Counted from the stretch's first letter, positions 1 through 12,969 are shown. The stretch is DNA of 64,000 nt from Octopus bimaculoides (GCF_001194135.2 NC_068995.1:33491218-33555217); one strand, 5' to 3'. Numbers and translations: made by a program. The notes: a model not told the origin generated them from the sequence alone.

Positions 1-1264
1 GTTAGTTTATTATAGATAATGTAGATAGAAAGAAAGTTTGATAACTTTTTACCACAGCTGTCTAAATAGAAGTATACAGAGCTAGTCATATTCCTGAATT
101 AGTTATGTTCCTGAGCTGGTTATTCCACTGCTTATTCTATCTTAGTATTTTACTAATACTTAATAACGAGCAAGCACGTCATAATTAATAATCAGTTTCT
201 AATAAAAGCTCAAAGGAATAAAGCCTATTTTATGCCAGCATAATCTGTCAATATTCCATTCAGCCACTGAAAACAACTAGTGGTGGAGAACAAATACTTT
301 TATGCACAACAATAATTCCTTTTTCCTCTTCTTTGTAATTTTTCTTCTGAATTCTTTGTTATTAAACAATGACTGCAATCCTGCTTGAAGCAGAAAGTCA
401 TTTATGAAATTATCAAGAATGATCATCATCATCATGATGTTGATGATTTCTTTTAAGTGTACAAGGCTGTTTTGTAAAGGAAGGATTTTGTTGATGAGAA
501 TCAATTTTAGTGCATTTATTCATACTTGTGTTATTAGCACTAAGAGAAAGAACAGTCAACCACCACCACCAGCTGAAATTTATATCAGTGAAGCCTTACT
601 AAATACTATAAAGCATGCAACTTATCTCTGTACATGTCTATGCCCATAATAGCACACCTCAATAACTATAATGGTTTCTTACTCTAGTATGTATAGTTAC
701 AAGGAGCAGACTATATAGTCAATTGAATCAACTCTTATTTATTGACTGTGAAAGGAGTAAAAGTAAAAATCAACCCCAAATGGATCTCAACTGAGATTGT
801 AGAGAGAATAAATTAAATAATGCAAGACATTTCTTCCAGCACTGTCCGAGCTCAGTATCACTAAGGTCAACATTATTTTACCATCCAGGCTTGATAAATG
901 AGTTAAATTCAATTAACAATACTTCCATACAAATTTGTTGTTCTGAATCAATTAAGTATATTCCACACTTCTAAACAATCTGTCATCTGGTGCTAGTTGA
1001 CTACATTTCCATAGAATTAACCATCGTCATTGTTGTTGTCACTCTCATCCTCATTAACATTATAATGTCCACTTTTTCATGCTTACAGCAGGATGCCCTG
1101 TTTCCAAATAAGGTTATATTCTCTATGACCAGACACATTTTCAAAGATGATTGGAGAGGACACCACATGCATGATAATGACCCTTGTTTACAACGATAAC
1201 AAGAAGTCAAGGCAAGGAATCATTAACAGATACACACACACCAGAGTCTCTGAGCGAAATTTGA

Positions 1265-1855
1265 CAGTGTGCAAAGAAACAATCCATGCACTGGAGACAC
1301 CCCTCCTCATCTGCTTCAAAGAAGGCCAAAGCTGTTTCATTTGCAGGGAAGGTGATGGCCTCAGTTTTTTTGGATGCAAAAGGCAATGTGCTTATTGACT
1401 ATGTTCAAAAGAGTCACACAATCAATGGAGGGTACTATGCCAACTCACTGAAGCAGTTATGAAAGGCTATCAAGACAGCATGCCCAGGAAAACTGACAAA
1501 AGGGGTCTTGTTTCATCAGGACAATGCTCCAGCACACAAGTCCTTGGATTCAATGGTTGTTGTATGTGACTGTTTGATCAGCCAACCTATTCTCCTGATT
1601 TGGCCACATCTGACTATCATCTCTTTCTTAATATGAAAAAAAACTTGGCTGTGAAGCAGTATCTCAGTGATGATGACATCATATCTGTTGTTGATGACTC
1701 TTTTGACTAACAGGATGAAAGCTTCTTCACCAATGGGATCCAAACATGGCAACACCACTGGAAATGTATGGACTATGTTGAAAAATAAGCCTCATTTGGT
1801 CACATTCCATGAGAGTATTTTGATCAACCTATGAACTTTTTAGCCAACCCTTATA
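1265..1855 (+). mobile_element. Mariner (irritans/Himar-like) 3' half, defective
   Basis: Encodes GKVMASVF-DAKG-VLIDYVQKSHTINGGYYANSLKQL* and GVLFHQDNAPAHKS; ends in the TIR cctatgaactttttagccaacccttaTA. A second 3'-end fragment lies at about 2143-2235. Confidence 0.85.
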
Positions 1856-2239
1856 ATATAAAATAGTTATGTAAACTATATGAAGGTTCATACCTTTTTC
1901 TCTTTCTCAGACTTGTTTCAATCACTGTACTGAGGCCATGCTGGGGCACTGATTTAATAGGGTTAGTGGAATAAATCAACCCTGAGTACTTATTTTTTAA
2001 AGTTTGTTACTTGTTCGATTAGTTTCTTTTGCTGAATCTTTAAGTTATGGTGATATAAACAAGTCAGCACTAGTGGTCAAGTGGTGGCATGCATCTTCAC
2101 ACATGTATGTGTGTGATGGTGCATGGCCTAGTGACTGACAGAAGTGTATGGACTGCAAGGGGGATAAATAAACCTCATTTGGTCACATTCCATGAGGGCA
2201 TCTTGGTCAGCCTATGAACTTTTCAGCCTTCCTTTGTAA

Positions 2240-3110
2240 ATAATTCATTTTTGGAATAGTGTATCTTGTAATACACATAAAGCTATAAGTAACAGTATGT
2301 ATATATTGGGTTGAAAAACTCTTTTGTGTAGAAAATTTGAAGACTGCCCATAGCACACAAACCTACATCTGTAGACATGACAGGCATCCTACCATTGGAT
2401 GAAAGTAATCCTTCAAATTCTTCATTTTAGAAACATTATTCTTACCAGCAAGAATTGTATTTCATTGATGTCATAAGAATTTTATAAATTTTTGAGAGAA
2501 TGTGAAATAATTCTTTTTTGGAATAGTGGATCTCAAAGCACATATAAAGCTACAAATAATAACATGTAAATATGGAATGGAAAAACCCTTTTGGATAGAA
2601 AATTTGAAAGCTGCCAGTGGGACTCAATCCTACATCTCTTGCAGACATGACAAGCATCCTACCATTGGACGAAAGCAATCCTTCAAATTTCTCTATCTAT
2701 TTTATTTATAGCGTTATGTGTGAAGGTGCATGGCTCAGTGGTTAGAGTATCAGACTTACAATCATGAGGTAGCGAGTTCAATTCCTGGACTGGACTGTGT
2801 GTTGTGTTCTTCAACAAGACACTTTATTTCACGTTACTCCAGTTCACTCAGCTGTAGAAATGAGTTGCAACATCACTGATGCCAAGCTATATCTGCCTTT
2901 GCCTTTCCCTTGGATAACATCGGTGTCATGGAGAGGGGAGGCTGGTATGCATGGGTGACTGCTGGATAACTTTCTAGGTGTAATCCCATGGTCATTCATG
3001 ACTGAAGTGAGGTCTTTACCTTTTATGTGTGTTTCAAGATCCACTATTCCAAAAAAAGGATTATTTCATGTTCTCCCAAAAGTTTATAAAATTCTTGACA
3101 TCAAAAATTT
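2240..3110. repeat. Degenerate direct repeat (2240-2420 vs 2510-2690) plus ~80-bp inverted repeat (2465-2545 vs 3023-3105) enclosing a SINE
   Basis: The shared block ttggaatagt...gacatga-agcatcctaccattgga-gaaag-aatccttcaaatt occurs twice; the reverse complement of its flank occurs at 3023-3105. Confidence 0.65.
2721..3022 (+). mobile_element. tRNA-derived SINE (older copy)
   Basis: A box tggctcagtgg (2731), B box gagttcaattcc (2774), and a body shared with the copies at about 23040-23480. Confidence 0.75.
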
Positions 3111-3377
3111 ATGTTAACTTTTTAAGACTAACAGAAAGAAAAAAACCCATAAAAAATAGAAACTTCTGAGTGTAGGAATGAAATTATATTTATTTGAGTG
3201 TGCCAACATTCTTTAAGAAATAAATATTTCCTTTTGAGAATTTGATGCTGATATTTCAAATACACTAGTATATATAAATAATATCAAAGTGAAGAGTTCA
3301 GTCAAAAGTTTGAAACGTTAAAATTAATTTCCATTTTTTCACCATACTTTTAACATTAAAAATACAAGAAAAAAAAT

Positions 3378-3402
3378 TAATAATAATAATAATAACAAGA
3401 AC

Positions 3403-3437
<35 letters not shown>

Positions 3438-5160
3438 TAATAATAATAATTTCTCTTACTATAAGCACAAGGCCTGAAATTTTGGGGAAGGGCAGGTTGA
3501 TTAAATCAACCCCAGTGCTTGACTGGTACTTATTTTATCAACCTTGAAAAGATGAAAGGCAAAGTTGACCTTGGTGGAATTTGAAGTCAAAATGTAGTAG
3601 TAGTAGTAGGAATTATTTTAATTTTTATTTTTAATATAAGCACAAGGCCTAAAATTTTGGGGAGAGGCTAGCTGATTACATTGATTCCATTATTTGAATG
3701 GTACTTTATTTTATGAATTTGTGGTGGGAATTTAACACAGAGCATAAAGAGCCAGAAGAAATACTGTAAGACATTTTGTTTGGTGTTCTAACAATTCCAA
3801 CAATCTACTGCCCTTTATTATAATAATAATAATAATAATCCTCTCTACTATAGGCATAAGGCCTAGAATTTGTGAGTTCGGGGATAGTCGATTACATCAA
3901 ACCCAGTTCTCAACTGGTACTTATTTAATCAACTCCGAAAATCAGCAGAATTTGAACACAGAACATAATGATGGACGAAATGCTGCTAAGCATTTTGCTC
4001 AGCGTCCTAATGATTCTGTCAGCTCACCACCTTAAAAATAATAATCCATTCTACAACAGGCACAAGGCCTGAAATTTTGTGGGAGTTGAGTAGTTGATTA
4101 CATCAACCCCAGTGGTCAACTGGTACTTAATTTATTGACTCTGAAAGGATGAAAAGCAAAGTCGGTCTCGGTGGAATTTGAACTTTGAATTTAAAACCAG
4201 AAACAATGTAGCTAAGCATTTTGTCTGGCATGCTACTGATTCTGCCAGCTCGGCAAATTTTGGCACATGGCCAGCAATTTCGAGAAGAAGGGATTAGATG
4301 ATATCACCGATCCCAGTACTTGACTGGAGCTTTATTTTATCAGGCCTGAAAAGATGAAAGGCGAAGTTGACCTGGGAGGTGTTTGAACTGAGAATGGAAA
4401 GAACTGGAAGAAATGCTGCTAAGCATTTTGTTCAATGCCCTAACCATATAGTCAGCTCATCACCTTAATAGTAATGATTTCTAACTTAGGCACAAGGCCA
4501 CATATACAAGGGAAGGAACGGTTGATTAAATCAAAACCATTTATCGATATAGGATGGATGACAGAGAAGCAGGATTTGAACTCAGAACATAAAGGGACAA
4601 AACCAAATGTTACCAGGCTTTTCATCCAGTGCTTTACTAATTCTGCCAATTCACCACCTTTATAATAATATTGATCTTTATAGTAATACTGTTCAATCTG
4701 TAATACAGTATTGGTTCTTAATTTATTGATTGCTGGATCTATGATAATATTAAAATAACAATTTTAATATTGTTATTTTATTCATGTTAAATACCTGTAA
4801 TAAACTGGGTTAAACTTACTGCACTATATCCTCCCTCTTATGAAAATCATGACAGCATTATAAATATTAATATTAGTTTAACATTTTCCTTATTAGGTAG
4901 GATTAATGAAGGTAAGGGGCATAATCCATTAGATTAATATTAGACTGGCTTCAAATTTTAGCACAAGGTCAGAAATTTCAGGGAAGGGGCTAAGATGATT
5001 AATTTGATCCCAGTGTTCAGCTGGTACTTATTTCATTGAACCAGAAAGGATGAAAGGCAAAGTCAACTTCAGTGGAATTTGAACTCAGAATGTAAAGACG
5101 GATTAAATACTGCTAAGCATTTTGCCCGGTGTGCTAATGATTCTGCCAGCATGCCATCTT
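3378..5160 (-). mobile_element. Head-to-tail array of about 7 copies of one tRNA-type SINE with (TAA)n tails
   Basis: Repeated units gcacaaggcc...ctggtacttattt...gatgaaaggcaaagt...gaatttgaact...gctaagcatttt...ctgccagctcaccacctt start near 3450, 3630, 3840, 4050, 4255, 4480 and 4950. The same family recurs at about 38200-38390, 57225-57433 and (plus strand) 59264-59375. Confidence 0.85.
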
Positions 5161-7098
5161 ATCTTAAGCATATTACTGGTATGTATTTTATTGACTCAGA
5201 TATGATTAAATAGTATTATTAACATTTATAATACTACTAAAAATAAGACAATATAAATATTAATAATAACATTAGCAATAAGAATAGTAATTGTAGCATT
5301 ACTACTAATATTGATAGTAGTATTGACTTAATATAATCATTATCATTAATAATTACCATGATGATTATAAAGAAAAATAACAATGGCACTGATGATAATA
5401 AAAAATATATAAACAACAACTATAATGTAACTAATACCGACAATATAGATAGAATATAAAATAATATAAAATTTGTTATGTTGCAGTTTTATATATTTTT
5501 AAACCTTTTAATACAAAAATTATATTTGAGAGTAAACAAATTTGAAACACATTCAGAATGCACATGCACACACACACACACAGAAATGCAGCTATACACG
5601 TCTCAGTAAAAAACAGTTTTATACAGAATATACCTGATCCTAGTCGTTATACAAGTGTCTAAGTGTCAGTCAGTTCTGTTTGGTTTAAGGTCAAAAGACC
5701 AATAACAAAAGAATATGTAATACTATGTACAAAACAGAATGAACAAAGTGGAAATAGAAAAGGAAGAAGAGAAAGAAGTATGCAAAATGAAGCCAATAAT
5801 TGACGATTATGATGGTGATGATGATGATAATAATAATAAAACAAAGATGTTAGTGTATGCAGGTGTGTTGAGTGCATCAATGTGGAGGGGTGTAAAAAAT
5901 AAATAAAATAATGATGGAGTCCACATAGTGTTGATGAAGTTGTTTGGTTAATCGATTCTTAGTATGTACAGCATTGTATGTGAATGTTCGGCAATGAGTG
6001 GTTGAAAACTCTAGTTGTGAACAAGTTTGCTTTGGAGGTGCAGATAACAGTGGTGGTGGTGGTAAGGGGGAAGAAGGGCTGAAAATCAGTGATAATTTGG
6101 CCAGGAATAGAAATCGATGAAGAGCATTTCTCATTAAGAAAAATCAATCTCAAAATAGTCGTTAAGTGATAAACTATAAATGGGAATAATTATGCAGACA
6201 AAAAGGGTGTATAAAGCATGAAAAAAAAAAAAAAACATCAGCAATTAAATGAGGAGCAAATAGAAAAAAATGCAAGAAAAAAGGGATTTCTCATTGCTTT
6301 TGTTTTCTTATACTTTTAAACAATGTCTTCTAATTAAGATGTCCTGATGTGTCTATTGTATAATTAAAGGTAAATTATTAGTATTCTCTCTTTGAGAGAT
6401 TTAGAAATAATGTTTCTATTAATTTATTAGTGCCCTTTATTTATCCCTAATGCATGCACACAAAGTGAAGTTTACTCTTACCATACCATTCTTTATGCAG
6501 AGTTAATAGGTATGATTTGGAAATGGTAATTAAATTAAGATAAAAATGTATGAATAAATACTCGAGACATTAAAATCAACATATAAAATGGTTTAACATT
6601 GAAAAAGGGAAGACTACAAAAATGAATTTTTTTAGTTTGGAAGAGCAGCAAACAGGGACAAAACAATCTTTCTGTTTTTTTTAAAAAAAGCTATTCTTTT
6701 GCAATAGTTAAAAGTAGAGGAGAAAATGATAAGTGTTAGAGAAGGTAGATGGATATAGTGGAGATAGAGGAATGTTAATAAATAAATATACAAAAAGGTT
6801 TGAAAAATGTGTAGTGTGAGAGAGGGTGAGAAAAGTTGAATTAAAATTTCATGATTAAAATTTGTGAGAAAAGATCAAAATTCAGCAAACTAGCAGATGT
6901 CAAGCAAACAAACCATTAAGAAAAACTATAAGGAAGAGTAAGAAACCACATGAAATTTGAAATATTAATAGAATTTGTTGTGGCAAGTCAGATAACATAC
7001 ACACACCTTTAAATATATATATATATATATACATACCTATATATATATATATAAACAAATATACCAAATGTAAAAGATGAAAGATGAAGAATAATGTG

Positions 7099-10000
7099 TT
7101 ATGGAATCTCAGGCATTCTGTTATCTGACAACAAACTTTTAACCACAAATGGAACTGTTTCTAATTTCTTTTTAACAAAACCTGGTAATACATCTGTTTT
7201 CTGGTACTTGGCCATTTTACAATCAACATCTACATATTTAAATGTTTGTCCTGAAGGCTTCACACCGAGTTGGGTGCCATCATTAAACTTGATCCAAATC
7301 TCCCCATTTATATACTGGAATGACCAACCAACATTTGGAACGAAAATCTGTCGCACTATTCTATTGTTGTGTGTGTTGTTGTGAGAGGAGTTGTTGCAGC
7401 TACTGTGATTGGAAGATGCACTGGATGTGAGATCAGTGGTAACAGAAGGGCTAGCTGGCTTGTTGAATGAGGATTTTCTATGAAGAGAACTGTTACAAGT
7501 TGAGTTTTGTGTAGTTATCAACGGGCTGTTTGAGTAAGTTCCATCTAAGGAACCCTCTACATCTGTAGGATATTCACTAGGGATAATAGTGGGACTGGTA
7601 CTGTCTTTGGCACTCTTGACTATATCATGGTCATCTGTTTTAGCATTAGCAACAAGTACATTGGGTTTACGTCCAATTATTATTGGGAAAAGATTATCTA
7701 CTGTCTTACAACTTAGCTCAACTGTACTTATCACTTGTTCTAATTCAATACAACGTTGACGACAATCTTTTACATAAGCTAACAGTTTTTGTGTTTCACT
7801 ACTAAAGCACTGACCTGTTTCACCAGATTCCAAAAGAAGAGAAGTACCATTGTTTTCGATGATTCTGATTCCTGAAGATGAAATAGTAAATTTAGCACCA
7901 TCATAAAAATCCACTTCAAAATCAGGTTCAGGATAATTCTCCATCAACATACATTTTGCCTTTGTGGTGTACAGTGTCACTTTTGGAGTCTTTGATCTTA
8001 CAAGATTAACAAATTTTGATGCATACTGGTATTTTTTCAGGTATTTCTCAGGAAGGGATTGCAAATGAAATGTTTTTTTAATGACATTTGCTGAATGAGG
8101 AGGAGGGACTTGATTGGGATCAAATTTTTGTCCATTGTTAGCTTGGTATATGGTCACATTGTTACCATCCTGAGAAATCAAGAATATCTCTGCTATGTAT
8201 TCCTCTTTGCTTCGATTCTTTACAAATTCCAAACATACATCTCCACCATCAAGGATGCTCACAAAAGCTGTCTTAGTACGTTGTCTAATAGGTCGTAGTC
8301 GTATTGAAGAAAGGGCTGAAATGGTACTTGGAGGCAATTCAGCATTATGGTTTGATCGATTTTTTGATGAAGTTGTAATTTTAGTAGTTGGATTATTGCT
8401 TACTGATGTTGAATACTTAATCTGGTTTGAAGAATTTGTAGTCTTCAAACCACTATCACAATCTTCTCCAACACACTCTCTTTTCTTCAGAGAAAGAGTA
8501 GGCTCTTCTTTTAATTTAGTGTTTTTACCAAATGCCATTTTTGATAGAGTCCCTACACGCCCTTCCTTCCTTAGAGCTACATCTGGACTGCTACCCTCCG
8601 ACGAGGTATCCGAGGTAATGCCTACACCGGGATGCATGTGTAAGGAGTTGCTACTGCTCTGATCAGATAAGTTTGGTTGACTACTTGAACTCGGATCACT
8701 TGATAACAAGTTAGCATTGTTACTACATAAAGATCCACTGCATGAAAGGCTACAAGTACTCTTGGAATTTACTGGAATTTTAGAAGGGTCTACATTACAA
8801 TCCTCCATTTCGTGAAAAGGTTTATCACCAGTTGTGATTCGATCCCAAAGAACGTTATTAGAATTATTATAATTACAATCATTTCTACTTATTTGGTGAT
8901 TATATGAATTTGGAATATAATTTTTGTTCAACAATACCTTATGTTGATGAGATTCTAACAGAAGAGGTGGTTTAGTACAACTTCCATGGTGGAAGGCAGT
9001 CTGGTTGCCGACTTTTGGATTTGTTCGGTTGTCATGTTGGGTAGACGAAGCAGAAAGAGCAGCCGGATGAATATCCAAATATTTGCCTTGTTCAAATTTA
9101 TGTGGAAACACATTGGTATTTTCTGGAAAGAATTCCGAACTATAATCGTCTTTTTCTGAGATGTAACTTTGTATTTCCTGGATAGGTAATCCTAGAAAGG
9201 GTCGGCTTCTGGAACCATTCGTTGAATGACTAATGTTACGGCTCCAGCTGTTCGTCTCTGTATTCATCGTACCTTTACCACTATCTATCGAAGCTTCATG
9301 ACAATTCTGGTGGCACCGATGTCTATAGCTCAAAGGATATCTCTTCTTCATAAATGGATGATCGGGAATTTCAGAGAGTGCTATTCTTTCTTTCGGATCT
9401 TTCCGTAATAGTAACTGGATCAGATCTTTGGCCTCCGGAGAAAGGTGATTGGGCAAGTTGTATTCTACCATAATAACCCGGTTTAAGGTGCTTTTAACCG
9501 CTTCTGTATCAAATGGAGGGTTTCCAACAAGGAAGGTGTATAACATACATCCAAGCGACCAGACATCTGCTTCTAATCCATGTGATGTACGCATAGCAAC
9601 CTCCGGAGATATGTAATTCGGTGTTCCACACATAGTAAAGTGTTTTTCATCAGGCATTTGGAGTTGAGTGGCCAGGCCAAAATCTGCGATCTTCACATCC
9701 ATTTCGCGAGTAAGTAAGAGATTAGCCAGAGTTAGATCTCGATGCAAAATATTGTGAGAATGTAAATAAATCATTCCACTAATAATTTGATCCATAAATA
9801 CGACAGCTTCTTCCTCAGAAAGAACTTTGTTGTATGCTTTTAGATAGCGATGCAACTCTCCTCGATGACACAACTCCAATACGAGGTAGACATAATTTTT
9901 GTCCTCGAAGTATGTATAGAGTTCTAACACTGCTGGATGTTTCATACGAGAATGGATCTCCACTTCTTTTCGAACCCTTGTCACCATATCGGCAGCTTTC

Positions 10001-10149
10001 ATCAGTTTCTTGTCGATCATTTTTATAGCTACATCTTGTCCGGTTCTCATACATTTGGCACGGTAAACACATGCAAAACCTCCTTTGCCGAGCAGATTCA
10101 ATACATTGTAATCTTCGATTTTGTCTCCAAAACTGTATGGATCTGCCAT
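7099..10149 (-). CDS. PLK4: Serine/threonine-protein kinase PLK4 (SAK), complete single-exon CDS, 1016 aa
   Basis: Uninterrupted 3051-nt ORF. N-terminal kinase with [32 protein letters not shown] and [16 protein letters not shown] phosphodegron (aa 289-294; nt 9268-9285). Cryptic polo boxes ([27 protein letters not shown] ... [21 protein letters not shown]) and C-terminal PB3 ([26 protein letters not shown]). This architecture is diagnostic of PLK4 rather than PLK1-3. Confidence 0.97.
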   Translation of the reverse strand: MADPYSFGDKIEDYNVLNLLGKGGFACVYRAKCMRTGQDVAIKMIDKKLMKAADMVTRVRKEVEIHSRMKHPAVLELYTYFEDKNYVYLVLELCHRGELHRYLKAYNKVLSEEEAVVFMDQIISGMIYLHSHNILHRDLTLANLLLTREMDVKIADFGLATQLQMPDEKHFTMCGTPNYISPEVAMRTSHGLEADVWSLGCMLYTFLVGNPPFDTEAVKSTLNRVIMVEYNLPNHLSPEAKDLIQLLLRKDPKERIALSEIPDHPFMKKRYPLSYRHRCHQNCHEASIDSGKGTMNTETNSWSRNISHSTNGSRSRPFLGLPIQEIQSYISEKDDYSSEFFPENTNVFPHKFEQGKYLDIHPAALSASSTQHDNRTNPKVGNQTAFHHGSCTKPPLLLESHQHKVLLNKNYIPNSYNHQISRNDCNYNNSNNVLWDRITTGDKPFHEMEDCNVDPSKIPVNSKSTCSLSCSGSLCSNNANLLSSDPSSSSQPNLSDQSSSNSLHMHPGVGITSDTSSEGSSPDVALRKEGRVGTLSKMAFGKNTKLKEEPTLSLKKRECVGEDCDSGLKTTNSSNQIKYSTSVSNNPTTKITTSSKNRSNHNAELPPSTISALSSIRLRPIRQRTKTAFVSILDGGDVCLEFVKNRSKEEYIAEIFLISQDGNNVTIYQANNGQKFDPNQVPPPHSANVIKKTFHLQSLPEKYLKKYQYASKFVNLVRSKTPKVTLYTTKAKCMLMENYPEPDFEVDFYDGAKFTISSSGIRIIENNGTSLLLESGETGQCFSSETQKLLAYVKDCRQRCIELEQVISTVELSCKTVDNLFPIIIGRKPNVLVANAKTDDHDIVKSAKDSTSPTIIPSEYPTDVEGSLDGTYSNSPLITTQNSTCNSSLHRKSSFNKPASPSVTTDLTSSASSNHSSCNNSSHNNTHNNRIVRQIFVPNVGWSFQYINGEIWIKFNDGTQLGVKPSGQTFKYVDVDCKMAKYQKTDVLPGFVKKKLETVPFVVKSLLSDNRMPEIP

Positions 10150-10980
10150 TATTAAGTTGACTCGACGAATTCCACATCGCTAAGTAATAAAAATTTGTTA
10201 AAACATTATCCTGAAATAAGCACAAAAGCTGACAGCAAGGTATCGGCGAAGCTTTAGGAAAGCCGTTGGTAACAAACTCAAAGGACGCGCCTCGACATGT
10301 AGAAATATTTGAAAAACATTAATCGTCAACTAACAACATGTATGGAAACCTAAACGGAACATAATTATTACAATCTAATTCATCAAGTAAGAAGTTTACA
10401 AATTATATAAAAGTTATATTTAAACAAATAGATAATATTTTAAATTATTATTTTTTTTCTAATAAATCAACCTAATTTGTACGATTTTAAGAAGTTAAAA
10501 TTTTTTTTATAATGTTCCGAATTTGTTACCATAGTTTTCGCATAACGTTTTTTGAATTACGTCCCTTGAGTACACCGCCTCGTTGTTAGACCTGAAAATG
10601 TGAAAGGCACGGGGCAAGGATTCGTGATTCACCTTCGAACCAAATTTAACTTCTAGATGACATTTGTTCATCATGGATTATCATAATCAGCAATCCATAG
10701 TTTGTTTTTTAACGTTATCGGCATTTGGTAAGTTATATCTTAAACAAGATTTTGTTTTAAAATTCTAAGCAAGTTTGTAATAATTATACTGAAACTATTT
10801 TGACTTCTTTTCCGTCTACAAAATTACGTCAGCCTTCCTGTATTGTTTATCTTCATCAACACCGTTTTATCGATATCGTTAGTCTCAGTGCTCACATTTA
10901 ATCTCTCTCTAAATAGATGGAACGAGATAAATATTTACTTCCAACATCGAAATGTATAATATAGATCAGATTTTATTTTG
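10150..10980. promoter_or_regulatory. CpG-enriched putative promoter/5'UTR region of PLK4, possibly bidirectional
   Basis: About 30 CpGs in ~840 bp by manual count versus about 8 per kb at 5200-6200. Lies directly upstream of the PLK4 ATG. Minus-strand acceptor-like ttttgtgcttatttcAG at 10211-10212; plus-strand consensus donor G|GTAAGT at 10728-10733. Confidence 0.55.
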
Positions 10981-11513
10981 AGGGAAAATATAGTAATAGA
11001 TCATGTGGAAATACGAATTGCCCATCCTTGAAATGGAGACAGTCTATAACCAATACTTCGATCTTCCAATATTAGAGAAATTTGTAACTTTACAGTATTT
11101 TATTTATTTATATTATTGAGTAAATGATTAGATTATCTAGAACTGTTTGTCTAGCCAAACGTAATTCATTACCGTCTACTTTCATCTGTTAGGAGATAGT
11201 AATTGATTCTTACCATTAAACTCCTTGTAATATGTTATTACTATTTAATATTTGGCAACTGAAGGGTAAATGAGATCTGTTTGGACCGATTTAACCTTCT
11301 TCAGCTGATAAACCTGTTTGATTTTCAGTGTTGTTTGTTATTAAAGAGTTGGCAAAGAAAAAAAACCCCACAAAACACAATATATTCTCAGTTTCTTGAG
11401 TCTGAGTTATTTATTTATTTTAAATAATAAATATATTACTTGGTAGTAATAAAATATATTTATTTTTTATCCCATAACCTACTCCGAATACTCGTACAAA
11501 ATGTTTTGAGAGT

Positions 11514-11752
11514 GAAAGCGGATGTTATGGAAGACAACTCTCATTGCAGTCAATATTTTGTACAGTTATTCTGTAAACTTGTGCAAAATTATGATTTATT
11601 ACTTCAAAATAAGAATGATTTCAGTAGTGCGTATTGACTAATGTAAGTATTTGTACTCTTCCATTTTCTGTATTATTTTGTATTCGCATTTCCAGAATAC
11701 TTTTAGAAAATATCTACTGTAATGAGAGTTGTCTTTCCTTACTTCCGCTTCC
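11514..11752. repeat. Degenerate foldback (inverted repeat), ~240 bp
   Basis: gaaagcggatgttatggaagacaactctcattgcagt (11514-11550) pairs with actgtaatgagagttgtctttccttacttccgcttcc (11716-11752); pairing continues ~25 bp further inward. Confidence 0.7.
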
Positions 11753-12969
11753 ATCTTAATGGCATTTTTGTTCTTGTATTCTGCATTGAAATCATCTCAC
11801 CAAATTCACTGCGCCTTCGTTTTAGAGTTAAATAACTAGAAATAAATACGACGTTACCCAAGAATTTATGAAGATATCCAAATTTTCAGTCCCACCCATC
11901 CATAGTCACAGAGAATGACGGTAAAAAAAAAGCACAACTCCATTGATTTACATGCTAGTGTATTCAATTCGAAATCGTGTCATTATAAACATACAAGTTG
12001 TTCAAAAGTACCGGGGAGTAGGGCTTTGAAGAGGTGGTGCGTAGTACTAGTTTCATGTCGTGAAGCAGATGAATAAATCTCTTTTGGAATGGAGAATCAA
12101 ACAACTTTGGGTAACGAAGGCAATGTAAAATATAATGATATATCCCAAAATGAAATGAAACACCTGCTGTGGATTTGAACTGACCATCGATATGTTGCTA
12201 GTAATCTATTCAGTGGAGTTGCTTCTGTCGATCAGGTTAGTTGAAATGTATTGGGTAACATTTTTGCGATTTGGAGTGAGAAGCATATCCCTCTATTGTA
12301 TAGCTCTGCTATTTCGTACAACCTATTGGTTGTAGGAATTGGACATTTTTGATAATATGAACAGATAGGCAAAATAGAGGAGAGTTTGGGAGGCCTTGTA
12401 GTGTGAATGAGTTGGAAGTAAAAGCAACAGTAAATTTAGTGGCTTTATCAGCAAGAGTTACTTAAAGAACCATCTTGGCTAAAGGAGAGGTGAATAGGGG
12501 TATTCTGTAAAGTTATTAGAAATTGTTTGTAAGGTAACAAGGCCTGGCCACAATTTTGGACAGAAGAGCTTGCAACTATGAGGCACAAATGCATCTTTTT
12601 ACTGGCGGGCGTTGCAGTGATGACCTTTTATTAAGGTTTATTTGATTACCAAGCGCTCTCACAATGGTTTTCTTAGGAACAAAGTGTGAAGTTAGTCTGG
12701 CAAATTTTAAGTTAGTGGAAGTCAGTATATTTTTAAAATAAGTTATTAAATTACTTGTTTGTATTTTTATCTTAAAAAGAATGAGCTATGAAAGTTGCAG
12801 AACTGGTGTAGAGGTGGAGGAGGAGGAGGAGCAGCTGGGTTTATTGTGTACAGTATTATGAATCAATATGTTTCCCATGGTAAACCTTTTGCTACTCTTT
12901 CATTAATTTAGTTTGATCATATTTTGTGCTTTACTGAGCACATGTGCATCAGACATTTTAGTCTTGATC

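Noticed and set aside
415-572. Terminal exon of another minus-strand gene (…NKCTKIDSHQQNPSFTKQPCTLKRNHQHHDDDDHS*)
   Set aside because: Low complexity, poor polypyrimidine tract and no homology; cannot be supported without transcripts.
8195-8662. Antisense 155-aa ORF and other plus-strand ORFs overlapping PLK4
   Set aside because: Shadow frames of a Ser/Thr/Asn-rich coding region with no recognisable homology.
10150-10980. Sterol regulatory element (SRE-1) for HMGCR
   Set aside because: No ATCACCCCAC-like match was found by eye.
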